Source: Minisyncoccota bacterium
GTDB taxonomy: Bacteria > Patescibacteriota > Minisyncoccia > Phycocordibacterales > UBA9973
NCBI GenBank assembly: GCA_041659205.1
Contig: JBAZYS010000003.1
Coordinates: forward strand, 3,266 to 67,265
Direction: 5' to 3'
DNA length: 64,000 nucleotides
The translations under genes and the position numbers were made by a program. Positions 34,662-45,352 of the stretch are shown in pieces; the first letter of the stretch is position 1; each line of letters opens with the position of its first letter. Under the pieces are notes generated by a model. It did not search any database, was not told the origin of the DNA, and was given only the letters and a program-made list of their open reading frames with translations.

Positions 34662-35858
34662 TTATGCTTGTCCCGCTACTCCAGGATTAGTTAAAAAGCG
34701 ATTAATGTAAATAGAATCAATAATAAGAAAAGGTTCGCGAATTACATCCTCCTTGAATACAGCTGTTCCATGGAGTGCTTCAATACTCAAGAAAATAACC
34801 TCAAACTTTGATTCCGTTAAAGTGTACTGACTAAATTGCTCACTTTTAATTGTTTCTGTAAAAAAATCTACTAAATCTTTATCTATCGCAATATAAATTG
34901 TGGAAGGAATTGAGATATCTTTTGATAAATTCGCTAAAGAATCTTGAAATTTCTTTAACCACTCTGCTCTTAATTTATTTAAAATCAATCCGAGTTTTCT
35001 TGCCACTGCTATTTCTGCATGTCCATCTTCATAGAGCGAAATTAGGGAATATGCTTCATTTAAACTACAACCAAAATCCAAAGCTACTCCACGAATAAGA
35101 AAATTGCGTCCAAGTGGGAAAGACATTGAATCACGGAGGGTATTCTTTTTTATCATTGCAATATCTGTCACTTCCCCTCCGATATCTATCAAAAGAAAAT
35201 TTTCTTGCTTAACATACATATCACGCACGACAGTAAAGAATGATAGAACAAAAGAAGAAAATTTTATTAATTTAAAGTGAAAATATTTACCGATAGTGTC
35301 TTCAATTTTTCTTAAAACTTGTTCTCCACTAATTGAAATAAAAATCGTCATTTCCAACTCTTTAGTTTTTTTATTAAGTGGTTTAGATGTCTCATAACCA
35401 TTTAGCATCGTTTTAATATTTTTGAGTTCTATCGTCCGTACCATATTGTCAGGATTACTATATTTCAAGAGATGCTCTTCCTCAAAAAGTTTAATTTCTT
35501 TTTTAACCAATTCATCTGCTAATTTTTCAGTGAAAACAAAAGGAACATTCTTCTTGAAATTAATTATTCTAGTTTGAGAAGCACGCCAAGCTGAAGACAA
35601 AACACAGAACACTTGTTTAGGTGCACCGAGCCTAGCTTGATAAATTTTACTGGAAACAACATCTAATGATTTAATTGTCAGCAAAAGAAAACGGTCAATA
35701 TCTATCTTTTCTTCGAGCGCTATCGGTTCGCGCACAGAGAGAATTATTTTAGGAATACCACTATCCTGCGCTTCAAAAAGCGCTCCACCCACAGAAGAAG
35801 AACCAATATTAAAAACTAATATCAATTCATTCTTTTTATGTCCAGAAAAAATACCCAT
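34662..35858 (-). CDS. Actin-like ASKHA-fold ATPase, PilM-like (FtsA/PilM family)
   Basis: 398 aa; phosphate-1 LVFNIGSSSVGGALFE (DIGSSS-type PilM signature) and phosphate-2 LLIDIGGEVTDIAMI. Confidence 0.5.
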   Translation of the reverse strand: MGIFSGHKKNELILVFNIGSSSVGGALFEAQDSGIPKIILSVREPIALEEKIDIDRFLLLTIKSLDVVSSKIYQARLGAPKQVFCVLSSAWRASQTRIINFKKNVPFVFTEKLADELVKKEIKLFEEEHLLKYSNPDNMVRTIELKNIKTMLNGYETSKPLNKKTKELEMTIFISISGEQVLRKIEDTIGKYFHFKLIKFSSFVLSFFTVVRDMYVKQENFLLIDIGGEVTDIAMIKKNTLRDSMSFPLGRNFLIRGVALDFGCSLNEAYSLISLYEDGHAEIAVARKLGLILNKLRAEWLKKFQDSLANLSKDISIPSTIYIAIDKDLVDFFTETIKSEQFSQYTLTESKFEVIFLSIEALHGTAVFKEDVIREPFLIIDSIYINRFLTNPGVAGQA

Positions 35859-35880
35859 ACTTGATTATATCATAAATAGA

Positions 35881-37626
35881 TTAATCCAATATAGCTTTAA
35901 TGCGTCTGATGCCGGCAGCTACTGCCTCTTCTTTTTGAATTTTAAAATGACCTAGTTCTTTAGTATTATTTACATGAGGTCCACCACAAAATTCCTTAGA
36001 AATAGGGTTGCCATTTTTATCCTCAATAAAATACAATGATACGGTATCTGGATACTTAGCCCCGAATTCCATTTCCGCACCGAGTTTTTCTGCTTCAACT
36101 AAAGGCATCTCTTTGCGGACAACATTTAAACTTTCAGAAATTTTTTCATTGACCCAGTCTTCTGTTTTTTGTTTTTCTTCGTCGGTTAATTTATGGTCAC
36201 AAAGAAAATCCATGCGTAGACGCTCCTCAGTGATATTGCTCCCCCGCTGTTTTATATTTTTATCGACGACAACCTGTAGTCCTGCAAGAAGTAGATGATG
36301 TGCAGTATGAAGTCTAATGGTCTTCTCATTGTGATTTGCAAGTCCACCCTTAAACATACCAGCTGACGAAGTCTGAGATAGCTTCTGATGTTCTGCCATC
36401 TTTTTGTGAAATTCTTCTATGTCAACCGTCTGCCCTTTTTCCATAGCAAGCTCAAGAGTAAGCTCTATGGGGAAACCATAAGTAGTCGCTAAGATAAATG
36501 GGTCAATACCCTTTTCAAATTCTTTTAATCCGTGCTCGAGAGTTTGTGAAAATTTTCCTATTTCTTTTATTATTGGTTCAAATATATTTGTATTCAAACT
36601 AGGATACGCATAACTATAGGTGGCAACATATGCATTTAATATATTTACGACATCATCATTCTTTGCGTCTGGAAAAATATGTTTTAAATATCTCCAACCC
36701 CTACGAATCAAACGACGCATAACGTAGCCTGCGTCTTTGTTCCCTGGGAAAACACCATCTAAAGACATAAACAAGGCTGCCCGAAAATGGTCAGCAATAA
36801 TTCTAAATGCTTTCTCATCTTTTTGAATATTTGGTAATGAATGCAAAACATCCATTACTTTCACAAAGATATCTGTATCATAGGCTGTTTTTTTGCCTTG
36901 CATTACCGCTGTGATTCTCTCGAGCCCTGCACCAGTATCTACATTTTTTTGTTTTAATTTGCCTATTACTTTTCCACCTTCCTTTTCATACTCCATGAAA
37001 ACATCATTCCAGATTTCTATCACTTCCTCTTTTTTTATTGCTTCTAAAAATGCCTCCTTTGATAAATCTCCAACATTTCCTGATACATCGTAAAACATCT
37101 CACTACAAGGACCACAGGGGCCATTGTCTCCCGGGCTCCACCAATTATCATCTGCACCTAAAAAATAAATTCTATTTTCAGGTATTCCTAAACTTTTCCA
37201 AATTTCTGCTGAATCATTATCTTTTGGAGCATTTTCATCTCCTTCAAAAGCTGTCACATATAAGCGTGAAGCATCAAGCCCAAGACCTTCGGTTTTAGAA
37301 GTTAAAAATTCATAACTCCATTTTATAGTATCTTCTTTAAAATAATCTCCGAGAGACCAATTTCCCATCATTTCAAAAAATGAAAGATGCCTATTGTCTC
37401 CGATGTCGTCGAGGTCTCCTGTGCGAACACATTTCTGAATATCGACAATTCTTTTACCCATTGGGTGCTCTTGTCCAAGGAGATATGGCACCAAGGGTTG
37501 CATTCCAGCCGTGTTGAAAAGCACTGAAGGATCATTCTCAGGTACAAGAGAAGCAGAAGGGATTATTTTATGTCCTCTATTTTCAAAAAATTTTAGAAAT
37601 TTTAATCTAATTTCACTTGATTCCAT
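35881..37626 (-). CDS. alaS: Alanyl-tRNA synthetase (short form lacking the C-terminal C-Ala domain)
   Basis: 581 aa; N-terminal catalytic core (FENRGH..., GPCGPCSE) and editing-domain HxxxH (HTAHHLL). Confidence 0.85.
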   Translation of the reverse strand: MESSEIRLKFLKFFENRGHKIIPSASLVPENDPSVLFNTAGMQPLVPYLLGQEHPMGKRIVDIQKCVRTGDLDDIGDNRHLSFFEMMGNWSLGDYFKEDTIKWSYEFLTSKTEGLGLDASRLYVTAFEGDENAPKDNDSAEIWKSLGIPENRIYFLGADDNWWSPGDNGPCGPCSEMFYDVSGNVGDLSKEAFLEAIKKEEVIEIWNDVFMEYEKEGGKVIGKLKQKNVDTGAGLERITAVMQGKKTAYDTDIFVKVMDVLHSLPNIQKDEKAFRIIADHFRAALFMSLDGVFPGNKDAGYVMRRLIRRGWRYLKHIFPDAKNDDVVNILNAYVATYSYAYPSLNTNIFEPIIKEIGKFSQTLEHGLKEFEKGIDPFILATTYGFPIELTLELAMEKGQTVDIEEFHKKMAEHQKLSQTSSAGMFKGGLANHNEKTIRLHTAHHLLLAGLQVVVDKNIKQRGSNITEERLRMDFLCDHKLTDEEKQKTEDWVNEKISESLNVVRKEMPLVEAEKLGAEMEFGAKYPDTVSLYFIEDKNGNPISKEFCGGPHVNNTKELGHFKIQKEEAVAAGIRRIKAILD

Positions 37627-37640
37627 ACAGAATAACTATC

Positions 37641-38111
37641 TTAACTTTCTTTACTCATATTCCCATCGGCCATCCTCCTAATTGGTTTTTCAATTATATT
37701 CATCAAAATGAAAATGATAAGAATCAAAACTGTAGAAATGGTCGCTAAGCTATAAAGTCCAAAGCCTACTGCCACACCTACCCCAGCTGTGACCCAAAGA
37801 CCTCCAGCCGTTGTAAGGCCCATTAATTTTTCGCCTTGCATCATTATTAAACCAGCGCTTAAAAATCCAACACCCATTATGATGTTAGCAGCAATCATTC
37901 CAGGATTAAAACCACTGACTCCTGCATATTTTTGTGATAGAAATTCAGAAATTATTATGAAAAGAGTTGCTCCCATGGCCACCAATGAATGCGTTTTCAT
38001 CCCAGCTACTTTGTGAACAAAAAGACGTTCTGCTCCTATAAACATTCCCAGTGACAGAGATACAGTTAATTTTAAAATTATCTCACTATTTTGTGTAAAA
38101 AATTGTTGCAT
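37641..38111 (-). CDS. MgtC/SapB-family membrane protein
   Basis: 4-5 TM with the MgtC-like pattern; start placed at the internal M (MQQFF) to avoid overlapping mnmA. Confidence 0.5.
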   Translation of the reverse strand: MQQFFTQNSEIILKLTVSLSLGMFIGAERLFVHKVAGMKTHSLVAMGATLFIIISEFLSQKYAGVSGFNPGMIAANIIMGVGFLSAGLIMMQGEKLMGLTTAGGLWVTAGVGVAVGFGLYSLATISTVLILIIFILMNIIEKPIRRMADGNMSKES

Positions 38112-38118
38112 AGTCAAA

Positions 38119-39393
38119 TTATATAACAACTCCACCACCCAAGCAAATATCACCATCATAGACAACGATGGATTGGCCAGAGGCCACTAAGGTATTTTTT
38201 GCAAAAATTATCTCAGCTTTTCCTCCAGAAAGAACTTTAACCTTGCAAGGTAAAAATTCTCCATGATAACGAATCTGCGCAATGTAATTTTTGTTCGATT
38301 CAGGAATTCCTGAAATCCAATTTGTGTTATTAATTTCTACACAAAAACTATTTTCAGAAGAGGCTACGGAGCGCGACGGCGTGAGTCTTGAGGAATTTTT
38401 CAACAGAAAAATATCCGGACTCTTTTGAGAATAGTTTTTATTTTGCGATACTATCAAAATATTTTTCTTAATATCTTTTCCGATTACAAAATACGCACCA
38501 TCTGTGGACGTCTTTTGGGTAATTGTAAAACCATGTCGTTCCCCCAAAGTATGAAATACAACTCCATCATGATGGCCAATCGTTTCCCCAATTTCATTTA
38601 CCACTTTGCCTTTTTTAGACTTTATATAGTGTTTTAAAAAATCTTTCAAATCTACCGCTCCTAGAAAACAAATTCCTTGGCTATCTTTCTTCTCGGCAAC
38701 CGGAAGATTAAATTTCTTCGCAAGTTTTCTCACTTTCGTTTTCTTTAAATTACCAATTGGAAATAAAATTTTCTTTAATTGTTCTTGCTTTAGTGTCCAC
38801 AAAAAATAACTTTGATCCTTCGATGGATCTACACCTTTTTTAAGACAAAACAAATTATGTTTTTCGAATACCGACGTTGCTTTAGCAGGCAGGTTGAGAA
38901 AAGCATGATTTGTTTTGTCTTGCTGGCGATGTAAAAATTGTTTTTTTTCGGGAATATCCTGCTTCGCAACGTCACCACTCAAAAAATCAATTTTTACATC
39001 GCCATTCTCCGCATAATGTCCTGTCGCCACAAAATCAGCTCCCATCGCAAGAGCTTTTTTGAGAAATGCACCGAACTTCACTTCTTTATTGCACATCACA
39101 TCAGGATTCGGGGTTCGTCCCAGTTTATATTCACTTATCATATAGTCAGCCACTTCCTTTTTATAAACATCTGCAAGGTCAAAAGTAAGAAATGGAATAT
39201 CTAAAAAAGCAGCCACACGCATGGCGTCACGACGCTCGTCTTCTTCATTACATTCAAGGAAATCTGGATGCCAAGTTTTAATAAAAACTCCCACTACGTC
39301 AAAACCCTGCTTTTTTAACAAAGCAGCTGAGACGGCACTATCTACACCTCCTGATATTCCTACAAATACAGTTTTTTTCGTTAGGTTTTTCAT
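38119..39393 (-). CDS. mnmA: tRNA-specific 2-thiouridylase MnmA (with an insertion of about 50 aa)
   Basis: 424 aa; PP-loop VGISGGVDSAV N-terminus, catalytic Cys region, C-terminal beta-barrel. Confidence 0.8.
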   Translation of the reverse strand: MKNLTKKTVFVGISGGVDSAVSAALLKKQGFDVVGVFIKTWHPDFLECNEEDERRDAMRVAAFLDIPFLTFDLADVYKKEVADYMISEYKLGRTPNPDVMCNKEVKFGAFLKKALAMGADFVATGHYAENGDVKIDFLSGDVAKQDIPEKKQFLHRQQDKTNHAFLNLPAKATSVFEKHNLFCLKKGVDPSKDQSYFLWTLKQEQLKKILFPIGNLKKTKVRKLAKKFNLPVAEKKDSQGICFLGAVDLKDFLKHYIKSKKGKVVNEIGETIGHHDGVVFHTLGERHGFTITQKTSTDGAYFVIGKDIKKNILIVSQNKNYSQKSPDIFLLKNSSRLTPSRSVASSENSFCVEINNTNWISGIPESNKNYIAQIRYHGEFLPCKVKVLSGGKAEIIFAKNTLVASGQSIVVYDGDICLGGGVVI

Positions 39394-39521
39394 ACAATCA
39401 AAATATTAATAAAATAAACTTTTGAAGGGGTTTCGAGGCTGTCGAGCCGAGAATTTCAGGATTTTTTAAGCTTCAAAAAATCCGTACCGAAAAAAGTTTT
39501 ATTTTATTGAATATATTGATA

Positions 39522-40049
39522 CTATAGAGCCATCAGCTTTTTGTAAAGCTCGAAGGTTGCACGTGCATCTGGCAAGGCACTATGTGCCCGCTCGTTTTTT
39601 ATATCAAAATGAATACACAGTTCTCGAAGAGAAAGATGCTCGATGTTTGGATCGTTGTGAAATTTTGCCCAGGCTAATGAAATTGTATCTAATTTATGAT
39701 AATGCATTGTATTTTGTATTTGTATTTTATTGAAAGTATATTCTAGAAATCCCGCATCAAAAGCAACATTGTGCCCTACCATAATACAATCCTTTACTTT
39801 TAGGGACAGTATTTCCATTGCCTCTTTTAAGCCATAAGCAGATTCCCAGTTGTCAGGATTATAATGATTCACTTTTAAAGCAACAGGGTCAGCATCTTCT
39901 ATGTGTTCAGGTTTTATTTTTAGTTCAAACTCTTCTATTACTTCTAGCTCGGCAGTTGTAAGAACACAACCAATTTCAATAATCTCATGTTTGAGCAAAT
40001 TAAGGCCGGTCGTTTCTATGTCGATAAAAGCAAAATTGTGTTTTCTCAT
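39522..40049 (-). CDS. DEDDh 3'-5' exonuclease (DnaQ/epsilon-like)
   Basis: 175 aa; Exo I FIDIETTGL, Exo II, Exo III H....D. Confidence 0.75.
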   Translation of the reverse strand: MRKHNFAFIDIETTGLNLLKHEIIEIGCVLTTAELEVIEEFELKIKPEHIEDADPVALKVNHYNPDNWESAYGLKEAMEILSLKVKDCIMVGHNVAFDAGFLEYTFNKIQIQNTMHYHKLDTISLAWAKFHNDPNIEHLSLRELCIHFDIKNERAHSALPDARATFELYKKLMAL

Positions 40050-40095
40050 GGTTCTATTGTATCACCATAACCCTAAGTTCATCGAATGGGTCATT

Positions 40096-41055
40096 TTATT
40101 TTAAATATTTAAATTTATTCTGCACATGCTCTGCAAAAGTTTTTGCATAATGAATACCTCCATCTTTGTCATGGAGATAATAAAGATATGGAGAACTTTC
40201 TGGATAGATAGATGCCTTTATTGCTAGAATGCCAGGATTACTGATTGGGCTCTTCGGTAATCCTCTTGTCTGATAAGTCTCGGGTGCAGCGTCAACCTGA
40301 AGGGGCATACCAATCTTTATTCTTCTCCAGAGAATTCCAGAGATTACCCCCCGATCAATATCTCCTTTTGACTCTCTCTCGATGATTGAAGCCATGATTA
40401 TGATATCTTTCTCATTTTTATTTAAAGAAATAATTTCTTTACGAAGAGGATTAATTTTTTTCTCAAAATTTTCTGTCATTGATTTTAATACAACTTTTTC
40501 ATCAGCATCCGCTAGAAAAAAATATGTATCTGGGAAAAGATAACCTTCATATTTTTTTGCTTGTATCAAAAACTGAGCATTATTAAAATTTATTAACTTT
40601 AATGAAACCGTATCTCCTATTTGGCCTATATCATAACCCTCTGGAATTGTTATTGAAACAGGTGCCATTCTATGCTCACCACTTGCTATACGCCAGGCTA
40701 TTTCCCAAACTGGCAATTTTTTTTCAAATAAATAGTTAGCAGAAACTATGTGTAGCTCTGCCCCAAAAATTATCACAAAGGATTCAAATATCACCCTGGA
40801 ACGTATTAAATGTTCATTTTTAAGTTCAGCAGAAATATTCCGCAAGTTTGACCCTTTCTCTACTCTCAGGATAGCTCCAACTGGAAAATCTCTAGGTGTA
40901 CTTATAAATAAAAAATAAACAAAACCTAAAGATATAGCTGAGCCGACTAAATAATAAAAATATTTTTTATTATTCTTCCACGAAGGACAGTCTTTCGTAG
41001 AAACGAAGGATTGTCCTTCGTTAGGATTTTTAAATTCTTTAGGTAAATTTTCCAT
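40096..41055 (-). CDS. mltG: Endolytic murein transglycosylase MltG (YceG-like)
   Basis: N-terminal TM plus YceG domain; the track ORF 40096-41109 would overlap the upstream gene, so the internal M was chosen. Confidence 0.65.
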   Translation of the reverse strand: MENLPKEFKNPNEGQSFVSTKDCPSWKNNKKYFYYLVGSAISLGFVYFLFISTPRDFPVGAILRVEKGSNLRNISAELKNEHLIRSRVIFESFVIIFGAELHIVSANYLFEKKLPVWEIAWRIASGEHRMAPVSITIPEGYDIGQIGDTVSLKLINFNNAQFLIQAKKYEGYLFPDTYFFLADADEKVVLKSMTENFEKKINPLRKEIISLNKNEKDIIIMASIIERESKGDIDRGVISGILWRRIKIGMPLQVDAAPETYQTRGLPKSPISNPGILAIKASIYPESSPYLYYLHDKDGGIHYAKTFAEHVQNKFKYLK

Positions 41056-41056
41056 A

Positions 41057-42451
41057 CTAAATAGGTAAATTTGTAGGCGGAGCAGCTTCTTTAGACTCAA
41101 TACGTTCAAGAGTAGGAACTTTCAATATCTGACCTGGGAAATGCCAAAGCGTAGCAAGCTCTTCAACGTTCAAAACAAATGTTGGAGGGTGAAAATACGG
41201 AAGCCAAAATTGTTTAATAATTATAGAAACAAATCCTGTAATCGTATGGTTATTAAAAAGATTGTGCCTCATTGGTAAATGAAAAAAACCTCTTTCACGA
41301 AATTCATGAACCATTCTATCAGCTAATATCATCACTTTCTCAGAAGAAAGAGGGAAAAATGAAGTATTAAAAGCATCTGCCTGGGTTGAGTTCACGCGAG
41401 AAAGTTCATTGCAGTCGGGCCTAGCGTACTGACGAAAAATAAGACGAAGATTCCTTCTGTTGCTCATATCATATACTTCTTTTTTAGCTACATAACATAC
41501 TCTAATACCAGAATCAAAACCAATTTTTGAAATCTTTGAAACCATTCCCTCTACGGTTTTCTTATAAATATCAGGTACACGCATTTCTATGCGCTCCCCT
41601 TCATCCTTAACAGCCGTAAAAGCTTTTAAAAATTTAAACTGCTCTTTTTTTGCTTCCTCAACCCAGTCATGATGCCCAAAATATGTTCCGTGAGTATGGT
41701 AAGATTTCTTCGAAGGTCTAACAACAATCTGCATCCACATTTGTTCTCCTTTTTGCAGTGAACCAAAAAGCTCAATAACAGGAGAAATAGGGTCAACTTT
41801 ATATTCTTCTTTTGGATCTTTATCTAGACCGAAATCTACATACGTCTTAATCGGGTACGCTTCTGGTTTTACTAAATTAAATTCACAGCCCCACGCATTC
41901 CAATCACTCTCCGGAGAAATTTTATCAACTGCGAGAGTGTAATCTTCTACTGCTTTTACTTGTGCTTGTGGGTACTGTGCATATATCTGTGTTTCTATAA
42001 GACCCTTCACACGCGTCGGTGTTCGTATATAAAAATGAACTTGTCCATCTATAGATGCAATTTCTAAAGAAAACCAAAACCACACAGCACCCTGCCAGTA
42101 CTCTTCCCGGCCTCCTTTCTGACTCCAGTGATAAAGAGCATTTGTAAAGAAAAGTTCCATCGCTTTTGGGCTTCTTAAAACCTCACGTGGAGGAACTATT
42201 TCAAGTAAAACAAAATCTATACCGGAAATAAAATCTTGCTGTACATAATGAACCCACATCTTCCAAGCTATCCAACCTAAAAATATTGTTCCAGCCAAAG
42301 GAAGCAAACTTCTTATAAGTGTATACTGATACTCGAATTTAAAAATAAAGTAAACAATAATTACAATTAGTATCCAGTACCAATATTCCAACACCAACTC
42401 TTCAATACGATCAAGTAGCCCAGCCGGTTTTTCTTTTTTTCCCTCAGCCAT
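41057..42451 (-). CDS. Hypothetical membrane protein (2 N-terminal TM plus a large soluble domain)
   Basis: 464 aa; no recognised family. Confidence 0.4.
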   Translation of the reverse strand: MAEGKKEKPAGLLDRIEELVLEYWYWILIVIIVYFIFKFEYQYTLIRSLLPLAGTIFLGWIAWKMWVHYVQQDFISGIDFVLLEIVPPREVLRSPKAMELFFTNALYHWSQKGGREEYWQGAVWFWFSLEIASIDGQVHFYIRTPTRVKGLIETQIYAQYPQAQVKAVEDYTLAVDKISPESDWNAWGCEFNLVKPEAYPIKTYVDFGLDKDPKEEYKVDPISPVIELFGSLQKGEQMWMQIVVRPSKKSYHTHGTYFGHHDWVEEAKKEQFKFLKAFTAVKDEGERIEMRVPDIYKKTVEGMVSKISKIGFDSGIRVCYVAKKEVYDMSNRRNLRLIFRQYARPDCNELSRVNSTQADAFNTSFFPLSSEKVMILADRMVHEFRERGFFHLPMRHNLFNNHTITGFVSIIIKQFWLPYFHPPTFVLNVEELATLWHFPGQILKVPTLERIESKEAAPPTNLPI

Positions 42452-42513
42452 GCTCTTATTTTAATACAAAAGACAAAATAAACAAAGCTATATATGTAAA
42501 TAGGCAATAGAAA

Positions 42514-43578
42514 TTAGGCTAAGGTATAGAGACCTTTTGCGTTCTTTTTGAAATATTTTGGATTTGCAAGATTAACTAAAATAGTATTCTTTTTGAAATA
42601 TCTCTCCTTCATTACTCTAGCTACAACATCATCCTTTGAAAGTGGTGCTCCTTCTCTTTTTAAGATATCTTGGATTACCTCACGGGCAATACCAGTCTTA
42701 TAACCCCATTCTGCAAGAGCATACATTCCACGGCCCACTAAGACGAAACGAGAATCTTTAATAAGTTCATTGTGACAAGTCGCATAGTGTATTTTTTTGC
42801 CAAATGTTTTCGAAATAGAATCTGCTACTTCTTTAAAGTGCAAAGGTGTTCCATGGCGTCTCATCACCAGAAAAGCATAATCCTTAACACCGCGAGTACG
42901 AATATTTGGTGATGAAGCTTTACCCCATTCACCTAGTTCGTTTTTAGCAATTGTCTTCGACATAGAGAGCCATCTCTTTGCCATTTCTTCATCTCTATAT
43001 CCTTCAGCAACATCTTTCATTTGATCAAAAAACTTTTTAATCATTTCAGTTTCCGGAATAAGGTCTTCATCTTTTAAGCTAGAATAAAGCTTACGAAGAG
43101 TTTCATGAACCTTGGTAGACATTGTATCGTCCACACTGTAGCGCGTATGAAAATTTTCATCTTCCCGATGTTTCTTGAACACGTCAGCTAAAACTAAGAA
43201 AAAAGAAATATGATTCTGGGTATTTTTATCTTTAGAAATAAAAGGCAAAAATTCATGTTCGGCAACGATTGAGCCTAAATTGTGTACTATTTGCCTCAAC
43301 TCATCAAAAATAGCTTGCTCATTTTTATAGGCATCTGATTTTTTAACAAGATTAATAGCCGCCTCCTCAACCTGACGAACACGTTCACGGGTAATGTTAT
43401 ATTTTTTACCAATCTCCTCAAGAGTTTTCTTTTTTCCATCTGGTGTCAAGCCAAAACGATTCATGATCACATCGAGGGCGCGATCCTGAAGATGAGAAGT
43501 TATTTTTTTAGTAATTTTTTGTGGTTTAAAAGATATTGTTGCCATATTTTTTTTATCTCTTTGATTTAATTCTATCAA
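42514..43578 (-). CDS. Sigma-70 region-4 (HTH) domain protein with long uncharacterised C-terminal domain
   Basis: LEEIGKKYNITRERVRQVEEAA is a textbook sigma70 r4.2 HTH but sits near the N-terminus; no regions 2 or 3 recognised. Confidence 0.5.
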   Translation of the reverse strand: MIELNQRDKKNMATISFKPQKITKKITSHLQDRALDVIMNRFGLTPDGKKKTLEEIGKKYNITRERVRQVEEAAINLVKKSDAYKNEQAIFDELRQIVHNLGSIVAEHEFLPFISKDKNTQNHISFFLVLADVFKKHREDENFHTRYSVDDTMSTKVHETLRKLYSSLKDEDLIPETEMIKKFFDQMKDVAEGYRDEEMAKRWLSMSKTIAKNELGEWGKASSPNIRTRGVKDYAFLVMRRHGTPLHFKEVADSISKTFGKKIHYATCHNELIKDSRFVLVGRGMYALAEWGYKTGIAREVIQDILKREGAPLSKDDVVARVMKERYFKKNTILVNLANPKYFKKNAKGLYTLA

Positions 43579-45352
43579 TTTCTGTCAGATATTTTTTACG
43601 AAGTCGAACAGATTTTGGTGTGATTTCTAAGTACTCATCCCCATTCATAACCTCAAGACCTCGTTCAATACTCAAAGTAAAAACAGGATTAAGGGTTATC
43701 GCCTCATCAGTACCAGAAGCTCGCATGTTGGTAAGTTGTTTTCCTTTTGTTGGGTTGACTGACATGTCCTCACCTTTCAAAACATTACCAACAACCATTC
43801 CTTCATAAACTTCAGTTCCGTGATCTACATACAATATACCACGTTCTTGTAAATTTGCAAGGGAAAAAGCTACGGCCTTACCCGCCACCATAGAAGACAT
43901 GGAACCATACTCTCTTTTTTTGATTTCTCCAGCATACTCTCTGAAGCCTGTAACGCGAGAAGACATTATTCCTTCTCCTTTTGTGTCTATAATAAATTCA
44001 CTACGATAACCTAAAAGTCCGCGTGTCGGTATATCGAAGATGACTCTAGCGATTCCTTCTTTTTCAACCATATCCTTCATAATACCGCGTCTTTTACCGA
44101 TTTTTTCAATAACTGCTCCACTAGACTCCATCGGAACATCAATTACCAATTCTTCATAAGGTTCTGTTTTAACCCCGTTTTCTTCTTTAATGATAACTTC
44201 TGGTTGAGAAACCTGCATTTCAAAACCTTCTCGGCGCATATTTTCAAGCAAGATTGCAATATGGAGTTCCCCTCGTCCGTATACTTTAAAAAATGAAGGG
44301 CCCATTTTGTCGCCCTGGTCTGGAGAAAAATCAACTTTCAATCCGACGTTTATTTCTAATTCTTTTTCTAATCTTTCTTTGATTTGTCTAGAGGTAAGAA
44401 ATTTTCCTTCTTTTCCAGCAAATGGAGAATCATTCACTAAAAAGTTAAGAGAAAGTGTCGGCTCATCAATAGCGATATGAGGTAATGGTTCGATGCTCTC
44501 GTCTTCACACAAAGTCTCTCCAATATAAATATCAGGAATTCCTGCAAGTAAAACAATGTCACCTGAAGTAGCAGACTCAATTTCTTTTCTATTTATTCCT
44601 TCAAAAACAAAAAGTTTTGTGATCTTGCCCTTTCTTGTTCCGTTTTCTCCTTTAACAAAAAGCTGGCTTCCGGAGACAATTTTCCCAGAGTAAATACGTG
44701 CGACAGCCATTCTGCCTAGGAAATTATCGTAACCCAAATTAAAAACTTGGGCAGACATTTTCCCCTCTTCTTCAACAGAAGCTGGTGCAACTTTTTCTAA
44801 AATTAAATCAAGTAATGGAGAAAGGTCTTCTGACTTATCATCTAAATGTCTAAAGGCTTTTCCTTCGCGTCCGATAGCGTAAATTGTTTCAAAATTTGCT
44901 TGCTCTTCATTAGCCCCTAGTTCGAAAAATAAATCCAAAACTTCTTCGTGAACTCTATGCGCATCCGCTGCTGGTTTATCTATTTTATTTATAACTACTA
45001 TTGGCTTCAAACCTAATTCTAAAGATTTCTTAAGGACGAAACGGGTCTGAGGCATTGGGCCTTCGGCTGCATCTACGAGTAAAAGAACAGAATCAATTGC
45101 ACGTAAAACACGCTCAACCTCAGAGCCGAAGTCAGCGTGACCAGGAGTATCCACAATGTTTATCTTTGTATCTTTATAATTAATCGAAGTATTTTTCGAA
45201 TAAATAGTAATTCCACGCTCTTTTTCAAGATCGTTTGAATCCATTGATACTCCTTCATCTTGAAGCCCACCATTTTGCTTCATTAAAGCATCAGTCAAGG
45301 TCGTCTTGCCGTGGTCCACGTGAGCTATTATTGCTATATTTCTAATTTGCAT
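43553..45352 (-). CDS. typA: Translational GTPase TypA/BipA
   Basis: 599 aa; IRNIAIIAHVDHGKTTL, DTPGHADF, NKID; TypA-specific C-terminal domain. Confidence 0.9.
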   Translation of the reverse strand: MQIRNIAIIAHVDHGKTTLTDALMKQNGGLQDEGVSMDSNDLEKERGITIYSKNTSINYKDTKINIVDTPGHADFGSEVERVLRAIDSVLLLVDAAEGPMPQTRFVLKKSLELGLKPIVVINKIDKPAADAHRVHEEVLDLFFELGANEEQANFETIYAIGREGKAFRHLDDKSEDLSPLLDLILEKVAPASVEEEGKMSAQVFNLGYDNFLGRMAVARIYSGKIVSGSQLFVKGENGTRKGKITKLFVFEGINRKEIESATSGDIVLLAGIPDIYIGETLCEDESIEPLPHIAIDEPTLSLNFLVNDSPFAGKEGKFLTSRQIKERLEKELEINVGLKVDFSPDQGDKMGPSFFKVYGRGELHIAILLENMRREGFEMQVSQPEVIIKEENGVKTEPYEELVIDVPMESSGAVIEKIGKRRGIMKDMVEKEGIARVIFDIPTRGLLGYRSEFIIDTKGEGIMSSRVTGFREYAGEIKKREYGSMSSMVAGKAVAFSLANLQERGILYVDHGTEVYEGMVVGNVLKGEDMSVNPTKGKQLTNMRASGTDEAITLNPVFTLSIERGLEVMNGDEYLEITPKSVRLRKKYLTEIDRIKSKR

